Of a DNA stretch of 20,000 bases, positions 19,730-20,000 are shown one piece after another. The position numbers and the translations under genes are program-made. Position 1 is the stretch's first letter. Every line of letters begins with the position of its first letter. The notes under the pieces were generated by a model. The model was not told the DNA's origin, ran no database searches, and saw only the letters and a list, made by a program, of their open reading frames with translations. The DNA comes from Malacoraja senta (taxonomy: Eukaryota): contig JAXLNO010000058.1 in assembly GCA_038087875.1 (NCBI GenBank), positions 61,889 through 81,888 on the forward strand, read 5' to 3'.

Positions 19730-19982
19730 ATATGATGAGCATTTGTCGGCACTGGTAGGGGAAGGAAGAAGAGATGGGTGGGGGAGGGAGAAAGACCGGG
19801 GAGGGAGGGAGAGAGAAGAACGGTAACACCTCAATGAAACAACGTTAAAGTCATTTGTCCAGATACATTTGGCCAGATATTAGACAGGTAAATGGATAGG
19901 AGACGTTTAAAGGTAGACTTACACGTGCCCTACCCTAATTCTCGCATTTAAATCCGTGGTAGAATTGTTGCCTCAGCGCCGA
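19730..19982 (+). repeat. Chimeric cassette copy 3 (more diverged, with an internal GA-rich insert)
   Basis: TATGATGAGCATTTGTCGGCACTGG (YDEHLSAL, CR1-like), a GA tract, then AGAAGAACG..CCTCAATGAAAC..CATTTGGCCAGA..GACAGGTAAATGGATAGG..TTTAAAGGTA..GTGCCCT..GTGGTAGAATTGTTGCCTCA. Confidence 0.8.
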
Positions 19983-20000
19983 AGACACGATGGGGAGAGA

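Overview
Eukaryotic, repeat-only window with no supportable host protein-coding gene. The CR1, Rex1/Babar and SINE fragments resemble those I recall from cartilaginous fishes (skate/ray-like); this is an inference. Left ~12.4 kb: a CpG-rich hexameric satellite, (TTCGAG)n with GAGATA/GAGATC variants. It is punctuated by about 23 co-oriented copies of a ~60-bp cassette plus (GAAT)n that looks like a captured LINE 3' end, and is organised into kb-scale higher-order duplications. Three different 5'-truncated LINEs (CR1, Crack/Daphne-like, Rex1/Babar) are inserted in it, all on the - strand with tails joined at the same hexamer phase. Middle (12.4-16.7 kb): a decayed Gypsy LTR retrotransposon (- strand) whose integrase core is replaced by a foreign segment with a strict 16-bp periodic TTCGG motif. 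Right (16.7-20 kb): GA/CT low-complexity tracts with three copies of a chimeric CR1/SINE cassette, a CR1 3' end, a hairpin at a strand-polarity switch, and a degenerate minimal hammerhead-like motif. Most ORFs in the supplied track are translations of simple repeats. All alignments and counts were done by eye.
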